Origin: Oscillospiraceae bacterium
GTDB taxonomy: Bacteria > Bacillota > Clostridia > Oscillospirales > Oscillospiraceae
Direction of reading: 5' to 3'
DNA length: 64,000 nt
NCBI GenBank assembly: GCA_040307975.1
Contig: JAWRIJ010000080.1
Location: 3,390 to 67,389 of the forward strand
Shown: positions 47,443-56,092 of the stretch, piece after piece
Layout of the letters: each line of letters starts with the position of its first letter
Numbering within the stretch: position 1 is the stretch's first letter
Program-made: the position numbers and the translations under genes
Notes under the pieces: generated by a model
Databases searched by the model: none
Seen by the model: the letters and a program-made list of their open reading frames with translations, nothing else
What the model was told of the DNA's origin: nothing

Positions 47443-48314
47443 CGGGGCGCATACGAAAATCGCTCAGCGGATTCTACTATGTCGATACGCCGGAGGAGCT
47501 TTTGACCTGTCGCGCGCGGGGAAAATTCCGTAAGAAGGGGCTTTCCCCGCTGGTTGGAGACTGGGTGGACTGTGCCGCGCTCAGCGGCGGCGAGGGCGTG
47601 ATCGAGTCCATCGCGCCCCGACGCAACGTCTTTGACCGTCCCGCGGTCGCGAATATCGACCAGCTCGTGATCGTCGTCTCTGAGGCGATCCCACGTACCG
47701 AGCCGTACCTGATTGACCGCATGACCGCTATCGCGGCGCTCAAAAACTGCGATGTGCTGATCTGCGTCAACAAATGCGACCTTGCTCCGGGCGAGGATCT
47801 GTTCGATTACTACGTTCGCGCCGGCTATCCGGTGGTCTGTGTCAGCGCGGAGACGGGCGAAGGGATCGACGAGCTGCATAAGAAAACAGCCGGAAAGCTA
47901 TCTGCCTTTACAGGCAATTCCGGCGTAGGAAAGTCCAGCATCCTCAACGCGCTCGACCCGAGTTATCAACTTAAAGTCGGCGAGGTGAGCCATGCTCTCG
48001 GACGCGGCAAGCATACGACGCGGCATGTGGAACTCTACCGCCTTGCGGACGGTTCTGAGATCATCGACACACCGGGCTTTTCCTCTTTTGACGCAGACAG
48101 CTTGAGCCTTGAGCTCAAGCAGCGCCTGCCGGAGGCGTTTCCCGACTTCGCGCCGTATTTGAATGGCTGCCGCTTCGTTGGATGCAGTCACACGAAGGAA
48201 AAGGGCTGCGCGGTGCTTGAGGCGGTGCGCGGCGGGAAAATCGTCAGAGGCCGGCATGAGAGCTATCTTCGGCTCCATAAAGAATTAAAAGACTTAAAGG
48301 AATGGAATATCTGA
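47439..48314 (+). CDS. rsgA: Ribosome small subunit-dependent GTPase A
   Basis: NKCD, GNSGVGKSS, GKHTT, DTPGF and C-terminal CRFVGCSHTKEKGC. Confidence 0.96.
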   Translation: MTGRIRKSLSGFYYVDTPEELLTCRARGKFRKKGLSPLVGDWVDCAALSGGEGVIESIAPRRNVFDRPAVANIDQLVIVVSEAIPRTEPYLIDRMTAIAALKNCDVLICVNKCDLAPGEDLFDYYVRAGYPVVCVSAETGEGIDELHKKTAGKLSAFTGNSGVGKSSILNALDPSYQLKVGEVSHALGRGKHTTRHVELYRLADGSEIIDTPGFSSFDADSLSLELKQRLPEAFPDFAPYLNGCRFVGCSHTKEKGCAVLEAVRGGKIVRGRHESYLRLHKELKDLKEWNI

Positions 48315-48351
48315 AAGAAGGCGAAGCCGTACGCTTCGCCTTCTTCTTTTT
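48315..48351 (+). terminator. Intrinsic terminator after rsgA
   Basis: AAGAAGGCGAAGC-CGTAC-GCTTCGCCTTCTT followed by CTTTTT. Confidence 0.88.
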
Positions 48352-48414
48352 CACCACCGGGCGCGGCGGACAGTATAATGGAATGACCAATAGCGGCAGG
48401 AGAGGGGGAGCGGT

Positions 48415-48567
48415 ATGTGCTGTGAAAAATGGAAGTTGATCGGGCTATGCGCGCTGGCGCTTGGCGCAGCGATCGTGATTGTCGCCATCTTTCCGGTCGG
48501 CTTTTTGATGCTGCTGATTGCGGCGCTCCTCATATTCTGCGGTATCGGCCTTTTGAAAAAGCGGTGA
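48415..48567 (+). CDS. 50-aa two-TM small membrane protein (absent from the ORF track)
   Basis: MCCEKWKLIGLCALALGAAIVIVAIFPVGFLMLLIAALLIFCGIGLLKKR. RBS AGGAGAGGGGG; its stop abuts the spoVM RBS. Confidence 0.8.
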   Translation: MCCEKWKLIGLCALALGAAIVIVAIFPVGFLMLLIAALLIFCGIGLLKKR

Positions 48568-48580
48568 AGGAGGTGATTGA

Positions 48581-48661
48581 GTGAAGATCGTCGTTTGGAA
48601 GTCTCCGAAAGCGCTCGGCGGGATCCTGCGCCGCCTGTTCGGGATCCGCGAGGAAACCTAG
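48581..48661 (+). CDS. spoVM: Stage V sporulation protein SpoVM (26 aa; absent from the ORF track)
   Basis: MKIVVWKSPKALGGILRRLFGIREET has the same length as SpoVM, Pro9 and the LGGI amphipathic helix. RBS AAGGAGGTGA, GTG start. Confidence 0.9.
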   Translation: MKIVVWKSPKALGGILRRLFGIREET

Positions 48662-48689
48662 CATATATTTGTCCGCCTTGGCATAGAGT
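48661..48689 (+). promoter_or_regulatory. Putative sigma-E promoter of sipL-spoIVA
   Basis: gcATAt, 16 bp counted from ATA, then CATAGAGT, matching ATa-N16-18-cATAcanT. Confidence 0.65.
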
Positions 48690-48721
48690 GGAGCAACACG
48701 ATGCCAAAGGAGACGAGTACC

Positions 48722-50248
48722 ATGGAATTGGAACTGAAAAAGGAGCGATTTGAGTGCTACCGGCCCGGCGCGCCGCTGCTCTCCACCCGCGAGGAGAGCG
48801 CGGAAACTATCGTACCGGACTATATTCCAGATGTCGCGCGCATCATTGATGTCAGCGCTTGCCTGCTGCTGCGCAGCCAGACGGTCTCGGAGGGAAGGCT
48901 GAGCATGGAGGGGACGATCCGGCTGACGCTGCTGTTTCTGACGGAAGAGCCGCAGGGCCTGCGCTCGTTGGAATACAGTATCCCATTTGAGCAGAGCGAG
49001 CGCCTGCCCGACGGATGTGACAAAGCGTCCGCAGAGGGAAGGGCTTGCAACGTAGAGGTGCGGCTGCTCAATCCGCGCAAGCTGTTCACGCGCCTGGATG
49101 TGGAATGGCGTGTCGTGCCCTATTGCCGTGAAATGCTGTCCATTTGCTCCGAGATACCGGAACAGGAGAAGTATGCCATTGAGATCCTCTGCGAGAAGCG
49201 GGAGACCTCGCTGATACGCGCCATCGGGGAGAAGGATTTCATCTTTGCCGATGAGATGACGCTTTTGGGCGGACATGAAGCGGTGCGGGAACTGCTCTGC
49301 ACTTGTGTAAAGCCCCGTGTCACGGAAACGAAGATCATCGGCAGCAAGGCGATCGTCAAGGGCGTTGCCTGCGTGTCGCTCCTGTATGCCGCCGAAGACG
49401 GTTCGCTTTGCAGCTACTCGGAGGAGCTGCCATTTTCCCAAATTCTAGACGGCGTGGCGGCCGACGAGGGCGGCGAAGCCACCGCGTCGACGACGCTGAA
49501 CCTGACGGGCAGCGAAATACATACCGGAGGAGAAGGCGGTACGGGACGCACGGTGAGCGTCAAGCTTTTTTTGAACGCCTTTGTCGTCCTGCGTGACACA
49601 AAGACGATCCACTGCATCACGGATCTTTACAGCACCGCGTATGAGCTAAACGCGCAAACGGAACGAATCGAGCTTTTAAGCGAACCGGAGACGCTGACGG
49701 TCACACAAAGCGTGCGTGAGCAGCTTGATACCGGCACGGAGGTCAAGTGTGTCCTCAGCGCGGACGTTTGTTTTGGGAGCGTTTCCATCCGTCAGGACGG
49801 AGATAAGGCGCTGCTTCGCACCACGGCGACGGTTTCCGCGCTGTATTTGGACGATTCGGACGCGCCCCACGCCGTGTCGCGCCGCGTGGAGATTGCGGCG
49901 GAATCTGCGCGGAACGGCGACGCGCAAGTTGAGGAGGTCTGCACCGGAGATATCGCGGCAAGCATCAATGCAAACGGGATAGAATTGCGTTTTCCTGTCG
50001 ATTTTACGGTCGTTTCCACCGAAGCCGAGACCTGCATGTGCCTCACGGAATTGAGCGCCGAAGAGGCGCCGGAGGCGTCTGCCGCCGCGCCGTCGCTTGT
50101 GCTGCGGGCGCTGAAGGACGGGGAGACCCTGTGGGACGTTGCCAAGCGGTATCGAACGACAATTGGGGATATCCTCTCGGCAAACGAACTTTCTGACAGC
50201 GCCGCCGCAGAGATCGGGCAGATGCTGCTGATCCCGCGCAAGCGCTGA
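48722..50248 (+). CDS. sipL: SipL-like spore coat morphogenetic protein (DUF3794/SPOCS repeats plus C-terminal LysM)
   Basis: IVPDYIPDVARII N-terminal repeat and LysM ETLWDVAKRYRTTIGDILSAN. Start at ATG 48722 after AAGGAG. Confidence 0.82.
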   Translation: MELELKKERFECYRPGAPLLSTREESAETIVPDYIPDVARIIDVSACLLLRSQTVSEGRLSMEGTIRLTLLFLTEEPQGLRSLEYSIPFEQSERLPDGCDKASAEGRACNVEVRLLNPRKLFTRLDVEWRVVPYCREMLSICSEIPEQEKYAIEILCEKRETSLIRAIGEKDFIFADEMTLLGGHEAVRELLCTCVKPRVTETKIIGSKAIVKGVACVSLLYAAEDGSLCSYSEELPFSQILDGVAADEGGEATASTTLNLTGSEIHTGGEGGTGRTVSVKLFLNAFVVLRDTKTIHCITDLYSTAYELNAQTERIELLSEPETLTVTQSVREQLDTGTEVKCVLSADVCFGSVSIRQDGDKALLRTTATVSALYLDDSDAPHAVSRRVEIAAESARNGDAQVEEVCTGDIAASINANGIELRFPVDFTVVSTEAETCMCLTELSAEEAPEASAAAPSLVLRALKDGETLWDVAKRYRTTIGDILSANELSDSAAAEIGQMLLIPRKR

Positions 50249-50270
50249 AGCGGTACAGGAGGAAAAGGCT

Positions 50271-51752
50271 ATGAATCAGAATACGCAAATCTATCAGGAT
50301 ATCTCCACGCGGACCTCGGGCGATATCTACATCGGCGTCGTCGGACCCGTGCGCGCGGGCAAATCCACTTTTATCAAGCGCTTCATGGAAACGCAGGTCA
50401 TTCCTAACATTGACAACGTCTATCGCCGCGAGCGGGCAAAGGACGAACTGCCGCAGAGCGGTTCGGGACGTTTGGTGATGACCGCGGAGCCGAAGTTCGT
50501 GCCGGAGGAGGCGGTCGATATCGCGCTCGGCGACGGCGCGAGCTGCTCAGTGCGGCTGATTGACTGTGTGGGTTACATGGTGCCCGGCGCCGCCGGCGAT
50601 ACGGACGGCGCCGCGCCGCGCATGGTCTCAACGCCGTGGCTGGAACACGAGGTTCCAATGTCGGAAGCCGCGGAACTCGGCACAACGCGCGTAATTCGCG
50701 AGCACTCGACCATCGGTATCGTCGTGACCACGGACGGCAGCATTACCGAGATCCCGCGCGAAGCCTACGTCGAGGCGGAGGGACGCGTGATCCGCGAGCT
50801 GCAGGCCATCGGAAAACCGTTTTTGGTTCTGCTCAATTCCGCCGACCCGTCGTCTGAGCGCGCAAGCGCCATGGCGGAGGATATCGCGCAGACCTACGGC
50901 GTGAGCTGCCTTCCCGTCAACTGCCTGACGCTGGACGACGCGGCGGTGGAAGAGATCCTCAAGGCAATCCTCTATGAGTTTCCGCTCACAGAGCTTGATG
51001 TCCGCATCCCCTCCTGGGTCGAGGCGCTCGATGTCGGGCACCCCATCAAGTGCGGGCTTTACCGCACGATACGGGACAGCGCGCGAAATCTGCGCCACAT
51101 TCGAGAGGTTGCCGCCGCTGTCGACGCCATGGGCGGATTCGAGGGTATCAGCGAGGCAAAGATCAACGCCATCCAACTCGGCAGCGGCGTCGCCGAAGCG
51201 GAGCTTCAGCTGCCGCGCGAATTGTTCTATCAGACGCTCAGCGAGCAGTCCGGCTTTCCCATCGCCAACGACGGCGATCTGCTGTCTCTTCTCACACAGC
51301 TCTCGTCCGTCAAGAGCGAGTATGACAAGGTAGCGCAGGCGGTCAAGGACGCAAGAGAGACGGGCTACGGCATCGTGGTGCCGGGCGTAGACGAGCTTGA
51401 CCTGGCCGAGCCGGAGATCATGAAGCAAGGAGGGCGCTACGGCGTCAGGCTCAAGGCAAGCGCACCGAGCATCCACATGATTCGCGCGGATATCGAGACG
51501 ACCGTTTCGCCTATTGTCGGCAACGAAAAGCAGTCCGAGGATATGGTCAACTATCTTTTACAGGAATTCGAGGGGGATACCGCTAAGATTTGGCAGTCGA
51601 ACATCTTCGGGCGCAGCTTCCACGAAATCGTCAACGAAGACCTTCAGGCGAAGCTCAAACGTATGCCGGAGGACGCCCGCAAAAAGCTTCAGGAAACGCT
51701 GGAGCGCATTATTAACGAGGGCAGCGGTGGCTTGATTTGCATTATCCTGTAA
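50271..51752 (+). CDS. spoIVA: Stage IV sporulation protein A
   Basis: IGVVGPVRAGKSTFIKRF, ELPQSG, MTAEPKFVP and C-terminal NEGSGGLICIIL. Confidence 0.97.
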   Translation: MNQNTQIYQDISTRTSGDIYIGVVGPVRAGKSTFIKRFMETQVIPNIDNVYRRERAKDELPQSGSGRLVMTAEPKFVPEEAVDIALGDGASCSVRLIDCVGYMVPGAAGDTDGAAPRMVSTPWLEHEVPMSEAAELGTTRVIREHSTIGIVVTTDGSITEIPREAYVEAEGRVIRELQAIGKPFLVLLNSADPSSERASAMAEDIAQTYGVSCLPVNCLTLDDAAVEEILKAILYEFPLTELDVRIPSWVEALDVGHPIKCGLYRTIRDSARNLRHIREVAAAVDAMGGFEGISEAKINAIQLGSGVAEAELQLPRELFYQTLSEQSGFPIANDGDLLSLLTQLSSVKSEYDKVAQAVKDARETGYGIVVPGVDELDLAEPEIMKQGGRYGVRLKASAPSIHMIRADIETTVSPIVGNEKQSEDMVNYLLQEFEGDTAKIWQSNIFGRSFHEIVNEDLQAKLKRMPEDARKKLQETLERIINEGSGGLICIIL

Positions 51753-51800
51753 TCCATCGCTTAAAAGCACAGGCTGGCGACATCGGAAATGGTATAAAGA

Positions 51801-51840
51801 AGCAGACCTCCGGAGGCGGAAGCACTACCGGAGGTCTGCT
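51801..51840. terminator. Hairpin between the convergent spoIVA and xer genes (probable bidirectional terminator)
   Basis: 13-bp stem AGCAGACCTCCGG / CCGGAGGTCTGCT. Confidence 0.7.
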
Positions 51841-51869
51841 ATTGTAAAAAAGAATTCTTTTGTTCAATT
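51840..51869. other. Candidate recombinase site B (dif-like), overlapping the xer stop codon
   Basis: TATTGTAAAAAA-GAATTC-TTTTGTTCAATT. The right 12 bp are identical to site A and the outer 11-bp left arm matches 8/11. Confidence 0.55.
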
Positions 51870-52878
51870 ACTTGCTTTCTTTCGGCGCTTTTACGCGGGA
51901 GAGGGGATTGGCCTTGGCGGCGACGCGCAGCGCCTCATTGTCAATGTGGGTATATATCTCCGTTGTGTTCAGATGCTCGTGCCCGAGAACCTCCTGAACG
52001 GCGCGCACGTCGACGCCGTTTTGCAGCATCAGCGTTGCGGCGGTGTGCCGCAACTTGTGCGAAGAATACTGCGTCGCGTCAAGGCCGGCGGCGGAGATAT
52101 GCTTTTTTACCAGCGCGTGGACGGTCGATTTGCTGATGCGTTCGTTGCGTGAGGACAAAAACAGCGCGTTTTGGTCACGTCCCGTGATCGGCCTGCGGAG
52201 GGCTAAATATGCGCTCAGCGCGTCAAGACACGCATCATTGAGATAGACAATGCGGACTTTGTTGCCCTTGCCGAGCACATGCAGCGCTTCCTCCTGAATG
52301 TCCTGCAGATTTAATCCGCAGAGCTCTGAAATTCGCAGTCCGCAGTTCAGAAAAATCGTCAGGATGGCATAGTCCCGTTCGCGGTTCGGCCCGTCGACCG
52401 ACGACAAAAGTCGCATGCTTTCGTCTAAAGTCAGGTATTTTGGCAGCGTTTTCTTAAGCTTTGGCGAATCCAAGTCCTTGACGGGACTGTTTTCGATCAG
52501 GTGCGCTTTATTGGTCAGATAGTTGTAAAAAGAGCGGATTGTCGAAATTTTACGTGCTCTGGACGCGGCATTTAAGCCATAATCCGACTTGCCGCTGTTT
52601 TGGTGCTGGATACGGTCGCGACTTAGATAGGACATATACTCATATATATCGGTGAGCGTAACGGAGCGGACAAACTCTAAGTTGATATCCATGATGGATA
52701 TTTCACTGAGTTCGCTTCCGCGCAGCGACGGATCGCGAGTCATCTTCAAATACCGGAAGAAATTGCGCAGATCAAGAAAGTATTCGTCAACGGTACGTTT
52801 GGAGTGCGCCTTGATGGTTTCGTGATACGAAAGAAAGTCACGGAGGATCGGCGGCGCTTCGGTACGATAATCAATCAT
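51868..52878 (-). CDS. XerC/XerS-like chromosomal tyrosine recombinase
   Basis: Full catalytic set: R (GLRISEL), K (GKGNK), HxxR (HKLRH), H (LGH) and Y (TEIYTH). 336 aa, no phage context. Confidence 0.9.
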   Translation of the reverse strand: MIDYRTEAPPILRDFLSYHETIKAHSKRTVDEYFLDLRNFFRYLKMTRDPSLRGSELSEISIMDINLEFVRSVTLTDIYEYMSYLSRDRIQHQNSGKSDYGLNAASRARKISTIRSFYNYLTNKAHLIENSPVKDLDSPKLKKTLPKYLTLDESMRLLSSVDGPNRERDYAILTIFLNCGLRISELCGLNLQDIQEEALHVLGKGNKVRIVYLNDACLDALSAYLALRRPITGRDQNALFLSSRNERISKSTVHALVKKHISAAGLDATQYSSHKLRHTAATLMLQNGVDVRAVQEVLGHEHLNTTEIYTHIDNEALRVAAKANPLSRVKAPKESK

Positions 52879-52930
52879 AAATTCCGCTCCTGATCAAGTA
52901 GAAACTGTGTGAATCGATCAAAGTATTTTA

Positions 52931-52959
52931 ATCATAGCGCAGAATCGCCGAAAAAGCAA
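52931..52959 (-). promoter_or_regulatory. sigma-A promoter of the xer gene
   Basis: On the minus strand: TTGCTT, 17 bp, TATGAT. Confidence 0.65.
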
Positions 52960-53018
52960 ATGCAGCGTTGCAAGCTGGCGTTGATAAAATGGACAGGATT
53001 TGCAGAACGCCCCCCCTA

Positions 53019-53048
53019 AATTGAACAAAGCTTTCATTTTGTTCAATT
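53019..53048. other. Candidate recombinase site A (dif-like), 140 bp upstream of xer
   Basis: Perfect 11-bp inverted repeat AATTGAACAAA-GCTTTCAT-TTTGTTCAATT with an asymmetric core. Confidence 0.65.
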
Positions 53049-53108
53049 GCATATATTTTGGAAAACCTACTTCCCTAGATAAGCTTGCCGGGCGCAAATC
53101 AAAACCAT

Positions 53109-53138
53109 CAATAATTTGGCTTTACAGCGCGCATACTA
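53109..53138 (+). promoter_or_regulatory. Putative sigma-G promoter
   Basis: CAATA, 18 bp, CATACTA (a consensus sigma-G -10). Confidence 0.55.
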
Positions 53139-53163
53139 TTTTTGACGGAAAGGAGCGAATGAT

Positions 53164-53373
53164 ATGAGTTATATTCCTTGCAGCATGGATTGCCGTTTTC
53201 AAAATGACGGACTATGCGGTTTGAACTATGCAAGTGCGGTTTCATCAGTCGGCGTACACGACAACGATAACGGATGCCTTCATTATGTACCGCGCAACAG
53301 CGTGCTCAAGAGCGCGCAATTTCACGGAGCGCATCAGCGATATTCGATACCGAGATCAGCTTCAGACCTTTGA
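53164..53373 (+). CDS. Small Cys-rich protein (CxxxC...C...C; DUF1540-like pattern)
   Basis: AAGGAG RBS; MSYIPCSMDCRFQNDGLCGL...GCLHY. The 3' end overlaps the radA 3' end. Confidence 0.7.
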   Translation: MSYIPCSMDCRFQNDGLCGLNYASAVSSVGVHDNDNGCLHYVPRNSVLKSAQFHGAHQRYSIPRSASDL

Positions 53374-54676
53374 TCTGCTCCAAACGGCCGGAATGGCTTT
53401 TGGGAATGATGCAGACCTCAAAGCCGAGGCGCGCCACTTCGCTCAGTCGCTGTGAAAGCTGGCTTACGCTGCGCACCTCCCCAGTCAAGCCAACCTCTCC
53501 GATCGCAGCGACACGGGCGCCGATGGGCTTGTCCAAATAGCTCGACGCCAGCGCAAGGATCGCGGCGAGGTCGGCGGCGGGCTCGTCGAGCGTCAGACCA
53601 CCGATGACGTTGAGATACGCGTCACAGGCGGAAACCTTCAACGCGCCCCGCTTTTCCAGCACTGCCATAAGCATGGCGGCGCGATTGTAATCAAAGCCGT
53701 TGCTGGTGCGCCGCGGTACGTTCTGCGCCGCAGGCGCGAGCAGCGCCTGAACCTCGGCAAGTACTGGACGCGCGCCCTCCATCACGCAGGTGACGCAGGT
53801 GCCCGGCGCGTCCGTGGGACGACCGGAAAGCAGCAACTCCGAAGGGTTTGGCACCTCGGCGAGCCCTTCGCTGCGCATTTCAAACACGCCGATTTCATTC
53901 GTTGCGCCGAAGCGGTTTTTTGCCGCGCGCAGGATGCGGTAGGTCGTGTGCTGATCGCCCTCGAAGTAGAGCACGCAGTCGACCATGTGCTCGAGCACCT
54001 TCGGCCCCGCGATAGAGCCTTCCTTATTGACGTGTCCGATGACGAACACGGTGATACCCTGCCCCTTGGCAAGCTGCATCAGCGCCATGGTGCAGTCCTT
54101 AACCTGCCCGACGCTCCCTGCCGGAGAGTCAAGGCTTTCATTGTAGAGCGTCTGGATGGAGTCAATGATCAACACGTCCGGACGCTCTTCATCCACCGAC
54201 TCCAGCACATCCCCGAGGCAGGTTTCCGACAGGACGAAAAGCCGCTCGCTCTTGACGCTCAGACGCGCCGCGCGCATCTTGAGCTGGTGCGGCGACTCTT
54301 CGCCCGATACATACAACACCTTGTTTGCCGTGCAAAGCTGCGAACAGATTTGGAGCATAAGCGTGGATTTTCCGATACCGGGCGCACCGCCAACTAATAC
54401 CAGCGAGCCTTTGACGGCGCCGCCGCCGAGCACGCGATCCAGTTCACCCATGCCGGTCGGAAAGCGAAGCTCCTCCTCTGCGCTCAGGTCGTCAATGGGA
54501 TGCGCCTTGGCGCGGGGCGCCATACCACCTCTCCCCTTTGCGGCGGGCGCGTCTTTTTTCGGCGCCGTCTGTTCCACGATCGTGTTCCACGCGCCGCAGG
54601 ACGGGCAGCGGCCTGCCCACTTGGAGGTCTCGTTCCCACATTCGGTACAATAAAAAACAGTCGTTTTCGATTTCAT
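53306..54676 (-). CDS. radA: DNA repair protein RadA/Sms
   Basis: Zinc finger CTECG...CPSC, GAPGIGKSTL, KNRFG and GEVGLTGEVR. Confidence 0.97.
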   Translation of the reverse strand: MKSKTTVFYCTECGNETSKWAGRCPSCGAWNTIVEQTAPKKDAPAAKGRGGMAPRAKAHPIDDLSAEEELRFPTGMGELDRVLGGGAVKGSLVLVGGAPGIGKSTLMLQICSQLCTANKVLYVSGEESPHQLKMRAARLSVKSERLFVLSETCLGDVLESVDEERPDVLIIDSIQTLYNESLDSPAGSVGQVKDCTMALMQLAKGQGITVFVIGHVNKEGSIAGPKVLEHMVDCVLYFEGDQHTTYRILRAAKNRFGATNEIGVFEMRSEGLAEVPNPSELLLSGRPTDAPGTCVTCVMEGARPVLAEVQALLAPAAQNVPRRTSNGFDYNRAAMLMAVLEKRGALKVSACDAYLNVIGGLTLDEPAADLAAILALASSYLDKPIGARVAAIGEVGLTGEVRSVSQLSQRLSEVARLGFEVCIIPKSHSGRLEQIKGLKLISVSNIADALREIARS

Positions 54677-55407
54677 GGCGTTTCCCTTTCCGTTTCGCGC
54701 GTATCCGCGTCGAGCAGCCCCGCCGCGATCGCGACCGCCAGCTTAGTCTGATGCGACGGTTCCTGTAGCAGCCGCGTTTCCGCGGCGTTCGACAAAAAGC
54801 CGCATTCCACCAAAATGGCAGGACACGCTGCGTTTTTCATTAGATAGATTGAAGGATCGATCTTTTTTTCGCACTTTTCGTTACCGATATTCACACTTTG
54901 GTTCAGCATCTCCTGCACTGAAGACGCCAAGACGCCGCTTTCTCCGACTGCGCCGTAGAACGCTTGCGCGCCGTGAACACTCGAAGCTGAAGGCAGGCTG
55001 TTCTGATGAATGCTCACAAGTATCGCGTTCGGCGTTTCGTTGACGAGAGCGACGCGGTTTTTGAGGTCGGATGCCTTCTTCTGTCTGAGCGTTTCCGCGC
55101 CATCGGAGTAGATGGAGACGTCGTCCGTGCGCGTCATCCGCGTTCCTGCGCCCAAAAACCGCAGGAGAAGCTCGACTTTCCGCGCGACTGCAAGGTTGAT
55201 GCCGCTTTCCTTTACGCCGTCGGCGGAAAGCGCGCCGCCGTCTTCCCCGCCATGTCCGGCGTCGATCACATAAACGACGCCCGACGTTTCCAACGGCGAA
55301 AAGACGGGCAGCTCCGGCGGACAGGCGATACACAGAAGAGAGCACAGGAAAAAAAGTACGATCAGTCCGTACAAGATCAGGTCTTTCCGTTTTACGGCGA
55401 TAAACAC
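54673..55407 (-). CDS. cwlD: N-acetylmuramoyl-L-alanine amidase (CwlD-like)
   Basis: N-terminal TM helix, VIDAGHGGEDGGA, SIHQNS and LVECGFLSN. GTG start at 55407 after GGGGGGTGG; the track's start at 55689 is too long. Confidence 0.8.
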   Translation of the reverse strand: MFIAVKRKDLILYGLIVLFFLCSLLCIACPPELPVFSPLETSGVVYVIDAGHGGEDGGALSADGVKESGINLAVARKVELLLRFLGAGTRMTRTDDVSIYSDGAETLRQKKASDLKNRVALVNETPNAILVSIHQNSLPSASSVHGAQAFYGAVGESGVLASSVQEMLNQSVNIGNEKCEKKIDPSIYLMKNAACPAILVECGFLSNAAETRLLQEPSHQTKLAVAIAAGLLDADTRETERETP

Positions 55408-55427
55408 GATCCCACCCCCCGAATACG

Positions 55428-55457
55428 AGGCTATGCGCGGGATTTTGTCCGTTATTC
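55428..55457 (-). promoter_or_regulatory. Putative sigma-E promoter of the amidase
   Basis: On the minus strand: gaATA, 17 bp, CATAGCCT. Confidence 0.55.
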
Positions 55458-55567
55458 CGATTATAACAGCCGTTACGGGAAAAGAAAAGCCCCGTTTCCA
55501 TTTTCCTCCTGGCGCATAGGATGGAATGAGCGAACGCTCAACCGATTCTGTAAGGAGGAATAATTCC

Positions 55568-56092
55568 GTGGAAGCTGCCAATAGATCGGCCGGAAAGCCG
55601 ACGACAGGCATGAACTCGTCCGCAATGGCGACGACCGGCGCGGTGAACCCCGAAATGAACATGAGCGGCTGCAGCACGAGCGCGGGCACGCTGCCCGGCG
55701 TCTGCGCACCGATGGTGTTTCCGTATATACCGATGCAGGAGAACGACCCCCAGCGCTATTCCCAAAACGACGCGATGCGCGCAGGTACGCTGTTTCCTGG
55801 GCTGAACCTTCCGTTCCACAAGGATATCCGCTCCCGTTTCCCCGCCGAGAACACGGCGCTGAGCGAGCTGATGGCGCTTGATTTTGCAATCGACGAGCTT
55901 GGGCTCTATCTGACGACCCATCCGAACGATAGTGAAGTACTTGAGCTTTACTGGTCCTATATCCGTTTGGGACAGCAGGGCCGCGAAAAATATGAGGCAG
56001 CATACGGCCCGCTGCTTCAAACCGACATTACACCCGGAAGCTTCAAATGGCTGAGTGACCCGTGGCCTTGGGATATGGGAGGGAACAAATAA
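55568..56092 (+). CDS. cotJAB: Fused CotJA-CotJB spore coat protein
   Basis: CotJA-like FPYIPMQ...AMRAGTLFPGLNLPF is in frame with CotJB-like ELMALDFAIDELGLYLTTHPND...YGPL...PWPW. GTG 55568 follows AAGGAGG. Confidence 0.82.
   Translation: MEAANRSAGKPTTGMNSSAMATTGAVNPEMNMSGCSTSAGTLPGVCAPMVFPYIPMQENDPQRYSQNDAMRAGTLFPGLNLPFHKDIRSRFPAENTALSELMALDFAIDELGLYLTTHPNDSEVLELYWSYIRLGQQGREKYEAAYGPLLQTDITPGSFKWLSDPWPWDMGGNK

Noticed and set aside
51868-52878. Prophage or ICE integrase
   Set aside because: There is no adjacent tRNA, excisionase, phage or conjugation gene, the flanking genes are core sporulation and repair genes, and the protein lacks an arm-binding N-terminal extension.
53019-53048. LexA/SOS box upstream of xer and near radA
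   Set aside because: GAAC and GTTC are 14 bp apart, whereas the Gram-positive SOS box has a 4-bp spacer.
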